From Syntrophomonadaceae bacterium (GTDB lineage: Bacteria > Bacillota > Syntrophomonadia > Syntrophomonadales > Syntrophomonadaceae), in assembly GCA_040217815.1 (NCBI GenBank), contig JBEHWI010000011.1:19618-83617 (forward strand): 64,000 nucleotides of DNA. The letters are read 5' to 3'. Positions 7,498 to 17,033 of the stretch are shown piece after piece. The notes beneath the pieces were generated by a model. That model saw nothing but the letters and a program-made list of their open reading frames with translations. It was not told where the DNA came from and did not search any database. Made by a program: the position numbers and the translations under genes. Every line of letters starts with the position of its first letter. Positions within the stretch are counted from its first letter, which is position 1.

Positions 7498-10134
7498 ATG
7501 ACAGCAATATTAATGAAGGAGAATGTCTACTGGGTGGGCGTGCGCGATCCCGAACTCCGGATTTTTGATGCGGTCATGACCACCGACGTCGGCACCAGCT
7601 ATAATGCCTACGTGATTAAAGGCAGCGAAAAAACGGCGCTTATAGAGGTGTGCGAGGACAAGTTTTTTGACCAGTACCTGGACAATGTCAAGAGTGTTGT
7701 CGACCTTGCTGACATCGATTATCTTATCATGAATCATACTGAACCCGACCATTCCGAGGCGGTTGCCAAAATGATCGACCTGGTGCCCAACCTGACCATA
7801 CTGGGCAGTCAGACGGCTCTCTCCTTTCTGCGCGACATCACCAACAAGAAGTTCAAGGCGCGGGAAGTAAATGAGGGCGACCTCCTGGAGCTGGGCGGGA
7901 AAACCCTGCGTTTCATAAGTGTTCCTTTCCTGCACTGGCCGGACACCATCTATACTTATTTGGAAGAGGAGCAAATCCTTTTCACCTGTGATTCATTCGG
8001 AGCGCATTACCCGGATGAGCGCCTTTTTAACGATCTCATGGAGAGCAATTTCTTAACCCCGTATAAAGAGTACTTTGACGCCATCATCGGGCCTTTCAAA
8101 CCCTATGTTTTAGAAGCCCTGGACAAGATCAAGGACCTCCCGCTGGCTATGGTGGCCCCGGGACACGGACCGGTTTTGCGCAAGGATATTGACCGCTATA
8201 TTGATCTTTACCGGCAATGGTCCACCCGGACTTCCGTTACTCAAAGCGACAAACCCAAAATAATTCTGGCCTACTTGAGCATCTACGGTTTTACGGAAAA
8301 GTTGGCCGACAGCTTGGTCGAAGGTGTTTCCACTATAGGTGATTTTGACATCAGGAGATACCGGTTGATAAAAGACAAACTGGATGACCCGGACCTGTTG
8401 GACCGGATAGCGGAGGATCTTTTAGATGCCAGCGGTTTCTTAATCGGGTCAAATACCGTCAATGGGGATGCTCTGCCCCAGGTCTGGAAGCTGCTCAGCC
8501 GACTGTCCCCGATAAGCCACGGAGATAAGGTAGCCATGGCCTTTGGCGCCTATGGGTGGAGCGGTGAAGCCGTGCCCGGCATTGAAAACCGTCTGCGGGC
8601 CTTGCGTATGCAGGTTATGCCGGGGCTGCGGGTCAAATTTAAACCCGGTGAAGGCAATCTGGAGGATGCCTTCAAGATGGGTATGGATTTCGGCCGGGCC
8701 ATCCTGGAGAAAAAACAGGATAAATCCGTGCGGCGCTGGCGCTGCCTGGTATGCGGGCATATTCACACCGGGGAGGAGCCGCCTCTCGTATGTCCGGCCT
8801 GCGGAGTGGGGAAGGAAAACTTTGTGCGCGAGTCCATGGAGGATGAATTTGTAAACGATACTCAGGATAAATTCGTCATTATCGGCGGAGGTATTGCCGC
8901 CCTGTCGGCCGCCCAATCAATTCGCAAGCGCAACCGCAGCGCTGAGATCGTTATGCTGAGCGAAGAGCAATATCGTCCTTATTACCGGCCGGCATTATCC
9001 GATCTTTTGAGCGAGGATCTCCCCGACAACCGGCTGTATGTTTTCGATTCGGCCTGGTATGCGGACATCCGGGTGGACTTGAGGACCGGAGTCCGGGTAG
9101 TAAAGATTGAACCGGATAAGCAAGTAGTGGTAACAGAAGCGGGAGAGAGCATCCCCTACACCAAACTTGTCGTAGCAACAGGAGCCCGCAGCAACATTCC
9201 GCCTTTCAAGGGGCTGGAAAACCGGGGCGTGTATGCCCTGCGCAGCTTAAAGGACGCCCTGGAGTTAAAGGAAGCCATCAAGAAGGCGAAAAAAGCGGTG
9301 GTTATCGGCGGCGGGGTTCTGGGTCTGGAAGCGGTATGGGAAATGGTCGGGAGCGGTGTAGAAGTGGCGGTTGTCGAGCACAACCAGCGCATAATGCCCC
9401 GCCAGCTGGACGAACCAGCCTCCCTACGCCTGCAGATGCTGATGGAAGGTCAAGGCGTAAAGCTGTGTCTGGGCCTGGATACTGAGGAAATCGTTGGAGA
9501 CGGCCAGGTGCGGGGCGTGCGGCTCAGCAACGGAGAGTTCCTGGAGGCGGACCTGGTTCTGCTGTCCACCGGGGTCAAGCCCAATATAGAATTGGCCAAC
9601 GAGGCCGGGATGGAAGTAGCTCAGGGAGTGGTGGTAGACAGCAGCATGCGCACCAGCCTGCCCAATATCTATGCCGCCGGGGATGGCGCTCAGTTCGGAG
9701 AGCGACTGGTGGGCCTGTGGCCGGTTTCCCTGGAGATGGGGAGGGTGGCTGGAGCGGCTGCGGCCGGGGACTGGGTGGAATACCAGACTCCTTTGTTGTC
9801 CACCATGCTGGTTGCTTTTGATATGGAGGTATTCTCAATCGGAGAAGTAAATCTGCCCCTGGAACAATGCCGGGTGGTGGAGGTTAACGACCCGACCGAG
9901 AACTTCTTTAAACGCAGCTATTTTAAAGATGGTGTACTGGTGGGGGAAATCATTATTGCTCCCAAGGTGGATACCACTCAATCCATGAAGAGTTTGGGCC
10001 GAGACAGCGGAGGAAACAAGCGCTCCAATCACTGGAAGTGCCGGGTCTGCGGCTATATACACGAAGGCCCCGAGCCTCCGGATGAGTGCCCGGTATGCGG
10101 CGCTTCTAAAGATATGTTTGATCCCGTAGATTAA
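7498..10134 (+). CDS. multidomain flavodiiron protein: metallo-beta-lactamase diiron + flavodoxin core, rubredoxin, NAD(P)H:rubredoxin oxidoreductase, and a C-terminal rubredoxin
   Basis: ATG at 7498, 8 nt after AAAGGAGGG. The diiron motif is 'HTEPDH'. The first Rd-like CxxC pair is 'CLVCGHIH...CPACG'. The FAD/NAD Rossmann motifs are 'FVIIGGGIAALSAA' and 'AVVIGGGVLGLE'. The terminal Rd is 'CRVCGYIH...CPVCG'. Confidence 0.9.
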   Translation: MTAILMKENVYWVGVRDPELRIFDAVMTTDVGTSYNAYVIKGSEKTALIEVCEDKFFDQYLDNVKSVVDLADIDYLIMNHTEPDHSEAVAKMIDLVPNLTILGSQTALSFLRDITNKKFKAREVNEGDLLELGGKTLRFISVPFLHWPDTIYTYLEEEQILFTCDSFGAHYPDERLFNDLMESNFLTPYKEYFDAIIGPFKPYVLEALDKIKDLPLAMVAPGHGPVLRKDIDRYIDLYRQWSTRTSVTQSDKPKIILAYLSIYGFTEKLADSLVEGVSTIGDFDIRRYRLIKDKLDDPDLLDRIAEDLLDASGFLIGSNTVNGDALPQVWKLLSRLSPISHGDKVAMAFGAYGWSGEAVPGIENRLRALRMQVMPGLRVKFKPGEGNLEDAFKMGMDFGRAILEKKQDKSVRRWRCLVCGHIHTGEEPPLVCPACGVGKENFVRESMEDEFVNDTQDKFVIIGGGIAALSAAQSIRKRNRSAEIVMLSEEQYRPYYRPALSDLLSEDLPDNRLYVFDSAWYADIRVDLRTGVRVVKIEPDKQVVVTEAGESIPYTKLVVATGARSNIPPFKGLENRGVYALRSLKDALELKEAIKKAKKAVVIGGGVLGLEAVWEMVGSGVEVAVVEHNQRIMPRQLDEPASLRLQMLMEGQGVKLCLGLDTEEIVGDGQVRGVRLSNGEFLEADLVLLSTGVKPNIELANEAGMEVAQGVVVDSSMRTSLPNIYAAGDGAQFGERLVGLWPVSLEMGRVAGAAAAGDWVEYQTPLLSTMLVAFDMEVFSIGEVNLPLEQCRVVEVNDPTENFFKRSYFKDGVLVGEIIIAPKVDTTQSMKSLGRDSGGNKRSNHWKCRVCGYIHEGPEPPDECPVCGASKDMFDPVD

Positions 10135-10136
10135 TC

Positions 10137-10345
10137 ATAGAAGAGAGCGCGGATTTCCGCGCTCTCAGCTTGTCGACAAAGTCGTCAAGCTGCCAGAGCG
10201 AGCGACGGAAGCGAAGATCAAGGAATGTAAAAAGCCCGCGATTGAGGCGTACAATAGTACGTTGATTGAGCGGGCTTTTTACAATGACGCAGATATTCGC
10301 TTTTGTCGACGGTCTGAGAGCGCGGATTTCCGCGCTCTTTCTATT
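10137..10345. repeat. nested palindromic (MITE-like) element that also acts as a terminator cluster
   Basis: The ~40-bp terminal inverted repeats each contain the hairpin GAGAGCGCGGATTTCCGCGCTCTC plus GTCGACAAAG (10143-10181 versus 10300-10338). The core carries a second hairpin, AAAAAGCCCGC...GCGGGCTTTTT (10229-10280). Confidence 0.7.
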
Positions 10346-10487
10346 TCCAATGGGCTTGTAATGCCAATGCTTCATCCAAGACAGCTCCCCTCCTTATCTC
10401 CCCAGATTAGGTACAGATTATTTGAAAAGCTTTTCGTCAATAATATTGACCAGACCCTTGGGGCCTGGTTTATACTGATCCTGTAAG

Positions 10488-11315
10488 GTGGTGAGGGTAG
10501 TGGAAAACCGCATAAAGATCGGCGATTTCGTAAAACTGACTGGATGCACGCTAAAAGCTATAAACTATTACCATAAAATCGGTCTGCTGCCAGAGCCGCA
10601 GCGTTCAGCCGGGGGTTATCGTTTATACGGGCCGGCTGACTTGAACCGCCTGCGTTTGATTAAACGCCTGAAAGCCCTGGGAATGGATCTCAAACAAATT
10701 AAAGAGATAGTAGGGGAACTGCCCAATCCCAGAACATCAAGGGAAGTCTTGGAATCATTGCGTCTTGAACTACTAAACGAGATGAAAAATCTTGAAGAAC
10801 GACTGGCAAAAATTGATTCGCTTCTGAGTGAAAACTCGCTGCATCTGGATAAGGACATTTTCGATTCACCTTCTTTTCAAATGATGACCGATATATTGGG
10901 GGGGGAGCAAATTGATAAATACGCTCGCACCAGCCCGGAAATTTACGAACAACACCGCAAATTGTACGGCATCATGGATGATTTTCAGTGGGGTAAGGAG
11001 TACAAGAATAGCTTTCGTATTTTAGCCGAGTATTTTCAAACCCATCCCGAACAATATCAACTGGCTTTGGAATTGGGAGCGCGCTGGCAGGAGCTTTCCC
11101 ATGTCAGTGAAGACGATCCCCGGATTGAAGCTTTTGCTCGAGAATCGGCTGCTCTTGTAAAAAACATGGCTCCGGTTAAAGAATTATACCGAACTGATAA
11201 AGGAAAACAAAATCCTTTCGAAGGCCTGTTTCAAGAGATGGTCACCGGTGTGTTAACGCCAGCCCAAATAAAGTATCGAGAGTATTTTAAAAAATTTCTT
11301 CAGTCTGATGATTAA
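10488..11315 (+). CDS. MerR family transcriptional regulator
   Basis: The N-terminal HTH reads 'IGDFVKLTGCTLKAINYYHKIGLLPEPQRSAGGYRLYGPADLNRLRLIKRLKALGMDLKQIKEI', followed by a coiled coil and a ~150-aa effector domain. Confidence 0.85.
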   Translation: MVRVVENRIKIGDFVKLTGCTLKAINYYHKIGLLPEPQRSAGGYRLYGPADLNRLRLIKRLKALGMDLKQIKEIVGELPNPRTSREVLESLRLELLNEMKNLEERLAKIDSLLSENSLHLDKDIFDSPSFQMMTDILGGEQIDKYARTSPEIYEQHRKLYGIMDDFQWGKEYKNSFRILAEYFQTHPEQYQLALELGARWQELSHVSEDDPRIEAFARESAALVKNMAPVKELYRTDKGKQNPFEGLFQEMVTGVLTPAQIKYREYFKKFLQSDD

Positions 11316-11356
11316 ATGGCAGGTGTCTCATTCTTAAAGTCAAAGGAGGTAGTACG

Positions 11357-12034
11357 ATGGGAGACAATACTAATCTATCAACATCTAAAGCTTTTCTAAT
11401 GCCGGTAATTATTATGATCTTGGCGGCCTTAATATTATTTCTACCGGCCGGGTCGCTAAAGTACTGGCAGGGATGGATCTGGTGGTCGATATTATCCGTT
11501 CTGACCCTTTTTATCACTGTCTATTTTGTAAAAAGGGACCCCGGGCTTTTAGCAAGGCGCATGCAGGTAAAAGAGAAAGAACCGCAGCCAGGCATCATGA
11601 AGGTCATATCATTCTTATCTATGTTCACCTACGTAATTCCCGGCTTTGATTTTCGGTTTCACTGGTCTGCAGTGCCGGTTTGGTTGGTTATTGCGGCTAA
11701 TGTTATGGTTTTTATAGGCTACGTTTTGATCATCAGAGTTTTTAAGGAAAACAGCTATGCTTCAACCGTTATCCAGGTCGAGAAAGAACAACAGGTTATT
11801 TCAACCGGTCCTTATGCCATGGTACGCCATCCGATGTATACCGGGTTGTTAATAATGTTTTTGTTCACTCCTTTAGCCCTTGGCTCTTATTGGGCATTGC
11901 TATTTGCAGCCCTTTCCATACCCACGAATATCTACAGGATCAGAAAAGAAGAAGCAACCCTGACGCGCGATCTGCCGGGGTATGCAAATTATCTGACAAA
12001 AACCCGTTATCGCTTGATTCCGTTAATTTGGTAA
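11357..12034 (+). CDS. isoprenylcysteine carboxyl methyltransferase (ICMT)/phospholipid methyltransferase-like membrane protein
   Basis: 225 aa with multiple TM helices. The 'VISTGPYAMVRHPMYTGLLIMF' motif is characteristic of the ICMT/PEMT superfamily. Confidence 0.75.
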   Translation: MGDNTNLSTSKAFLMPVIIMILAALILFLPAGSLKYWQGWIWWSILSVLTLFITVYFVKRDPGLLARRMQVKEKEPQPGIMKVISFLSMFTYVIPGFDFRFHWSAVPVWLVIAANVMVFIGYVLIIRVFKENSYASTVIQVEKEQQVISTGPYAMVRHPMYTGLLIMFLFTPLALGSYWALLFAALSIPTNIYRIRKEEATLTRDLPGYANYLTKTRYRLIPLIW

Positions 12035-12058
12035 GGGTCCGAAAGGAGGAACTATACT

Positions 12059-12652
12059 ATGAACAAGCAGAAATATGAAAAGGAGCATATGCAGGATATA
12101 GCAGACAAAATTGCCCAAAAAACTGAAAAGGAAGATTTTCCGGCCCAAATGCACCGGACTCTGCACCTTATAAAGCAGCACGATTTAGTGGGGACGATGC
12201 TGAAAAAAGCTATGCAGCAGGGGGAATTTGACAATCTGGAGGGAGCGGGAAAGCCGCTCGATCTGGAAGGGGACCCCTTTGAGCCGGATGAATTGCACAT
12301 GGTTCATAAAATCCTCAAGGACAATGGCTACGCACCCTATTGGATAGAACTGGGCAAAGAAATCGATGGACTAAAAGCCAGGCTGAATAGAGAAGTTGAC
12401 AGCTTCAAGCAGTATACCCGTATGGTTTTCAGCGAGAAACGAAGCCGCGCCGCCCTGCGCCGATACGAGCTCAAAAAGAATGATTTCTATGCCGGGAGCT
12501 GGGAGCGCCTGAACGAAATTTCCAGAAAGATACTGGATTATAATCTCCATTGCCCGGTTTCACATTTAAGCCGGACTAACTTTGATGTAAATGATGAGAT
12601 GAAAAGCATTGTTAATGATATAGAAAAATTTATTGACGAAATTAAACGGTAA
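12059..12652 (+). CDS. DUF1992 (DnaJC28-like) domain protein
   Basis: The 'GEFDNLEGAGKPLDLEGDPF' signature of DUF1992 is present, with a GGAGG SD upstream. Confidence 0.7.
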   Translation: MNKQKYEKEHMQDIADKIAQKTEKEDFPAQMHRTLHLIKQHDLVGTMLKKAMQQGEFDNLEGAGKPLDLEGDPFEPDELHMVHKILKDNGYAPYWIELGKEIDGLKARLNREVDSFKQYTRMVFSEKRSRAALRRYELKKNDFYAGSWERLNEISRKILDYNLHCPVSHLSRTNFDVNDEMKSIVNDIEKFIDEIKR

Positions 12653-12678
12653 CATCGATGCTTGCATAAACAACTTTT

Positions 12679-12720
12679 GCAGCATAGATAAAAACGATGC
12701 TTTTTACTTATGCTGCTTTT
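12679..12720 (+). terminator. possible rho-independent terminator
   Basis: GCAGCATA ... TATGCTGC stem followed by TTTT. The loop is large. Confidence 0.45.
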
Positions 12721-12998
12721 CCTTCGGTATATTCCCACACGGTTCCCCTTTCAAGAACCATTATCCGATTTATAAAAATATTGTTAATTTCGGGCTAAAA
12801 AAGCTGTCATTGGAGGGCGGGCATGCTTCTCTCATTTTAAATACCCAAGGTAATTTTTGGTATAATATATTTAAACATGGCTATTTTCAGAAAATTCAGA
12901 TTTAGAAGAGGGGAGGAGCAAAGACAAGCTGCAGATATTGCGTGATATAATTATTCATCTCAACCTGGTTAATATAATCAGGGAAAAGGAGGATTGAT

Positions 12999-15281
12999 TT
13001 GATCATGTTGAGTAGAAAGAAAGCCCGATCAACATGCCTTATTTTTGCTTTGTTATTTGCCGTGTCTTGCTTTATCTACCCCATCGGCTACCTGTCAGCC
13101 TCTACTGACGCCACTTTCACAATCACAGCGCCCGCGGCCGGAGATGTTCTAGCGGCCGGAACCGACTACACTATTACCTGGACTTATACCGGAAATCCGG
13201 GAGACCAGGTTAACCTGACCCTTTACAAAGAAGGCAAAAGCTCCTATCGTATTGCCTCAAACGTTCCGGTGGGCTCGGGGGGAAGCGGATCATACACCTG
13301 GAAAGTAAACTCTGTTTATGTTCCCGAGGGCAGCAGTTACACGATAAGGATCTTCACCCCCAGCACCACTAACCGGGTTGAGGCCTTTAGCCCGACATTC
13401 AGCGTAACCCATCAGGCGTCCGGTCAGCAGTCAAATCAAAACCAGAATCCTGCCGGCAGTCAAACCACCGGGCAATCCAACCTGGCGGAGACTACGATTA
13501 TTAATGATTCCTCTTTTGTAACGTTAAAAGCGGTTCCCAATCCCGGGGGAGGGAGCGATTCGCTCTATAAACTTCAGGTACAGGCCAATAATTCATCAAC
13601 TCCGGTTGAGGTCTCCTATCTGACCCTCAGCACGTCAAGTTCACCGGACAATCCTTCTACGGGAATAAAGACCAGCAAGCTCACCGAGTCTGACAATGCC
13701 TGGAGCGCTTCGGGTCAAACCTACAGCCATAGCGAAGTAGGGGGCTGGGCTATGCCCGAATATGCGAAAAACCCGCAGAGTTTTGCGCTGCCGCATTACC
13801 GCACCTGTGTGATGATGCTGGCCCGCTATGAAAAGATCTACGCAGTATTTATCCGTGAAAATGACGGTCAACTGAGCTACCAGGTCTTCAAAGGTGGAGC
13901 CTTTAATGGCTTGAATGTTCCCGGTCTGGGTCAGGTAACCCGCAGCGGCGACCAGTTCCAGATTCACTCCGAGGGAGGAGCCGTAGAAGTGGGCATCTGG
14001 GACAAAGGCACCTACCAGCATGATGAAGTTACTGGTTGGGCCAGGGAAAGCTACCAGGCCAATGATAAAACCTACCCCATACCCAAATACGGTATGTTTA
14101 TGCTGACCATTGCCCGCTACGGTAAACTGGGCCTGGTCATGGGCAACTTGAACGACGGGCACCTGGGGACGGTTTGTTTTTCTGGTTCAAGCCTTTTGGG
14201 AGCCGAAAGTGTGTCCGGTCTTTGCGAAATAAGCAATGCCGGAAGTACCAATATAAAAATCAACGGTACGGGAAGCGACCCGGTGGAAGTTTCCCAGTTT
14301 GCGTTTGACAATACCTGCTGGCAGTGGGAGGTAAACGGCTGGAGCCAGGAAGCCTTCAAAGCGAATCCCCAGGTTCTTTCCTTGAAGCACTACACTCCCG
14401 GCTTTATAACCTGCAGCCGTTACAGCAAGGCCGGCGTCTTCTTTTACAACGAAAATGACGGCAATTTAGGACTCCTGCCGCTCAATTCCAGCACCCAGGC
14501 ATCGGCGGCCAGTTCGGCCCAGCAGAATCAAAATTCTTCCGGGCAGTCGGGCGCCACCCAGTCCGATGCTATAAAGGTTTATTATAACAGCAAGCTGTTG
14601 TCCTTTGACCAACCGCCGGTCATAATCGGCGGCAGGACCCTGGTCCCCATGGGGACGCTTTTTAACGCCCTGGGAGCCTCGGTACAATGGAATGCCGCGG
14701 AGCAGATGGTTACTTCCGCCAAAGGCAGTATCGTTGTTATACTGATTATTGGAGAGGATACCGCCCGGGTTAATGGGAATGAAACCGCCCTCAGCCAGCC
14801 GGCGCAAATCATAGGCGGACGCACCATGGTTCCCCTTGCCTTTGTAGCCCAGGCTCTGCAGGCTGACGTAAAATGGGACGGAAACACCCGAACCATTAAT
14901 ATAAACCAGGAGAGCTCAGGGACTTCCGAGCTTACGTTTAATGGCAAGCAGGTGGTCGATATGTTTTTCAGCAGCCTGGGCAGCCGCGAGGTAGACGATG
15001 CTATGTCCCTGATGGATGCTGAACTATTGGGTGATGATGCCGCCACGGCCGCTTGGAGGAGCCTTTTCAGTTCCTTTGACACGCTTCAAGTGAAAAACAT
15101 TACTGACTGGAATCCCGGTGAATGGACTCTGGACCAGCAAGCTTTCAAAGTGGAGTTTGCCCTGCAGTTAAAGAACGGCGCTCCGGAGACCATGTGGATG
15201 GATGGCCTCAACACCCGCTGGGTGTTTGTGAAGTCTGTTAATGGTCAGGGTAAAATCAGCCAGTTGGCTACCGGTCCATGA
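12999..15281 (+). CDS. secreted multidomain protein: Kre9/KNH-like Ser/Thr-rich N-domain, threefold ~90-aa uncharacterised repeat, two copper-amine-oxidase-N stalk domains, and a C-terminal domain
   Basis: A signal peptide is present. The N-domain reads 'FTITAPAAGDVL..YTITWTYTG...YTIRIF'. The three repeats each carry 'EV.GW....Y.AN......HY.......RY.K......NENDG.L'. The stalk domains read 'IIGGRTLVPMGTLFNALGASVQWN' and 'IIGGRTMVPLAFVAQALQADVKWD'. Confidence 0.8.
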   Translation: MIMLSRKKARSTCLIFALLFAVSCFIYPIGYLSASTDATFTITAPAAGDVLAAGTDYTITWTYTGNPGDQVNLTLYKEGKSSYRIASNVPVGSGGSGSYTWKVNSVYVPEGSSYTIRIFTPSTTNRVEAFSPTFSVTHQASGQQSNQNQNPAGSQTTGQSNLAETTIINDSSFVTLKAVPNPGGGSDSLYKLQVQANNSSTPVEVSYLTLSTSSSPDNPSTGIKTSKLTESDNAWSASGQTYSHSEVGGWAMPEYAKNPQSFALPHYRTCVMMLARYEKIYAVFIRENDGQLSYQVFKGGAFNGLNVPGLGQVTRSGDQFQIHSEGGAVEVGIWDKGTYQHDEVTGWARESYQANDKTYPIPKYGMFMLTIARYGKLGLVMGNLNDGHLGTVCFSGSSLLGAESVSGLCEISNAGSTNIKINGTGSDPVEVSQFAFDNTCWQWEVNGWSQEAFKANPQVLSLKHYTPGFITCSRYSKAGVFFYNENDGNLGLLPLNSSTQASAASSAQQNQNSSGQSGATQSDAIKVYYNSKLLSFDQPPVIIGGRTLVPMGTLFNALGASVQWNAAEQMVTSAKGSIVVILIIGEDTARVNGNETALSQPAQIIGGRTMVPLAFVAQALQADVKWDGNTRTININQESSGTSELTFNGKQVVDMFFSSLGSREVDDAMSLMDAELLGDDAATAAWRSLFSSFDTLQVKNITDWNPGEWTLDQQAFKVEFALQLKNGAPETMWMDGLNTRWVFVKSVNGQGKISQLATGP

Positions 15282-15395
15282 TAAAATAACAACCCGGTCT
15301 ATAAAAAACTCACCTATGACCCTTCTTGTGAATAAAATGAAATCAAATCCATTATCTCCAGAAATAACTATCTGGAAAAAAAGGAGGGTTATATA

Positions 15396-15659
15396 TTGAA
15401 ACCAAGACGCAGAGGAAGGGTAGAAAACCAGGTCTATTCCAGTCGAGTACTGAGATCTGAATTTGACCGAAACTGGAGAACATCGCTTTCCAACAGCGGT
15501 TACGTGGTGTATGTAGCCAGGTCGAATCAAGCCAAAGCGGTAGTTTTACTTGCCAACGGCCAGAGAAAACAACTGGTTTTCAATAAAGGCGGGAAAGTAA
15601 TGGTAGGCGGTGGTGGAACCAGTCATTACAGCAAACCGCATCTGGCGAGAACAATATAA
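15396..15659 (+). CDS. small basic hypothetical protein
   Basis: 87-aa ORF with a TTG start 7 nt after AAGGAGGG and a terminator immediately downstream. I recognise no family. Confidence 0.45.
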   Translation: MKPRRRGRVENQVYSSRVLRSEFDRNWRTSLSNSGYVVYVARSNQAKAVVLLANGQRKQLVFNKGGKVMVGGGGTSHYSKPHLARTI

Positions 15660-15684
15660 TTTAACAATAACCAATTACTATAAA

Positions 15685-15730
15685 GGGGAAAACCAGATGC
15701 CTGGTGATCCCCTGTCTTGTTTTATTTTAA
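15685..15730 (+). terminator. rho-independent terminator
   Basis: GGGGAAAACCAG-ATGC-CTGGTGATCCCC stem with one internal mismatch pair, followed by a T-rich tract. Confidence 0.6.
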
Positions 15731-15743
15731 GTAAAAACTGCCC

Positions 15744-15781
15744 TAAAAAAGGAGGCGCTATAAACCGCAGTCTATAGCGCC
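15744..15781 (-). terminator. rho-independent terminator for the minus-strand gene fragment
   Basis: GGCGCTATA ... TATAGCGCC stem. On the minus strand it is followed by TCCTTTTTT. Confidence 0.6.
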
Positions 15782-15799
15782 GAACTATGCCGGTATAAA

Positions 15800-16075
15800 T
15801 TACCCCCACTTGAAAAACTTGATAGAACTAGAGTTGCAAATGCCAGCCAGAACTATCATTACAATAATCGTCAGCAATACGCTATCCATTGACAGTCCCA
15901 GTGAAGCGGCTTTTAGAAGTTTGATGCCCTGCGTCATCGGCATAATATCGGCAATTTTCTGAAGTGTTACCGGCATGAGTTCATACGACACGGTTGGACC
16001 AGAAAAAATGATCATGGGGAAATACAGTAAGCATGCAATCACGCTTGCACGAAAAAGTTTTGGCTGGTTCAACAT
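15800..16075 (-). pseudogene. C-terminal fragment of an ABC-2 type transporter permease
   Basis: The 91-aa ORF covers only the last two or three TM helices ('FPMIIFSGPTVSYELMPVTLQKIADIMPMTQGIKLLK'). No upstream N-terminal part or ATPase partner is present. Confidence 0.55.
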
Positions 16076-16101
16076 GAGTTTAAAATGGCCCGATTTCGGG
16101 T

Positions 16102-16434
16102 TTACGAGATAAACGATTCAGTCTGTACCTTTTTTGCTGTCCAATATTGGTTGGGGGCCCATTGATAAAATGGCACTGCTCTGAAGGTATAAACTTCTTC
16201 TGAAGAAAGGGCCGCCCAGGCTTCTTCGGCAGTTAAGAAGGTAGAGGCCAGTTCGCAGACCATCAATTCATCGCCGTTCATGTAGGCCAAAAGAGCCGCG
16301 AATGAGCCGGGTTGAAGTATATCAGCCGGGAAGACGGTTTCAACCCGGTTCATAACCAGGCGTCTTTCTCCCGGCAGGTTGTCCTGCAGCCACCCGGCAA
16401 ATTTCTGCAAATCCATTTTCTCAGACACTTCCAT
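16102..16434 (-). CDS. hypothetical protein (no family recognised)
   Basis: 110-aa ORF with coding-like composition, 26 nt upstream of the ABC-2 fragment. Confidence 0.45.
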   Translation of the reverse strand: MEVSEKMDLQKFAGWLQDNLPGERRLVMNRVETVFPADILQPGSFAALLAYMNGDELMVCELASTFLTAEEAWAALSSEEVYTFRAVPFYQWAPNQYWTAKKVQTESFIS

Positions 16435-17033
16435 TGTAGAACACCCTTTCTACCTCAATTATATTATTCCGTCAATGAAGAACCAACGCAGATTTTAGTT
16501 AGCCAGACATATTCAAAATTAAACAGATTAATGGTCATTGCCAGAGAGAACTATAAACATGGTTAATTAGAATCTGGCTAAAGACTACCGCAGCCGTTAA
16601 ATAGGGTCTGTTGACCATTAGAAAATTACTAATTATACTAATATTAGTAATATTTAGCTGTTTCGGTTTGGTTCCCATGGAATTAATTATTAATATGCCT
16701 AAATTATTATATCTGGGTTGGAAACACAGGACATGCAGAGAGTTAGAGGGAGAGTACTCTATCCTAATATAATCTAACCTACTCAATTTGGAAAAGTCCG
16801 TAAATCTTGTTTACTTGGTCTTTGCTATTCGGTGCCGCACCCCGTGCTTTTTAGGAGCAGGGAGGGAACCTGTTCACAAATATATTCCCGGTTTATCAAT
16901 GGCTGGCTGTGTGATAAAGCAAGCTGGCAGACGGTTATGTTCTGGGCTATAGCTTTAATGAACGTTGCGCTCGTTTTACAGATGGCAGCCTTGCGTACAT
17001 CCTGGATTTCTTGAGTATCTCCGTTGAACACAA

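Noticed and set aside
10106-10486. ORFs 10106..10375 (-) and 10262..10486 (+).
   Set aside because: They run through the nested palindromic element, have no SD, and their sequence is dictated by the hairpins.
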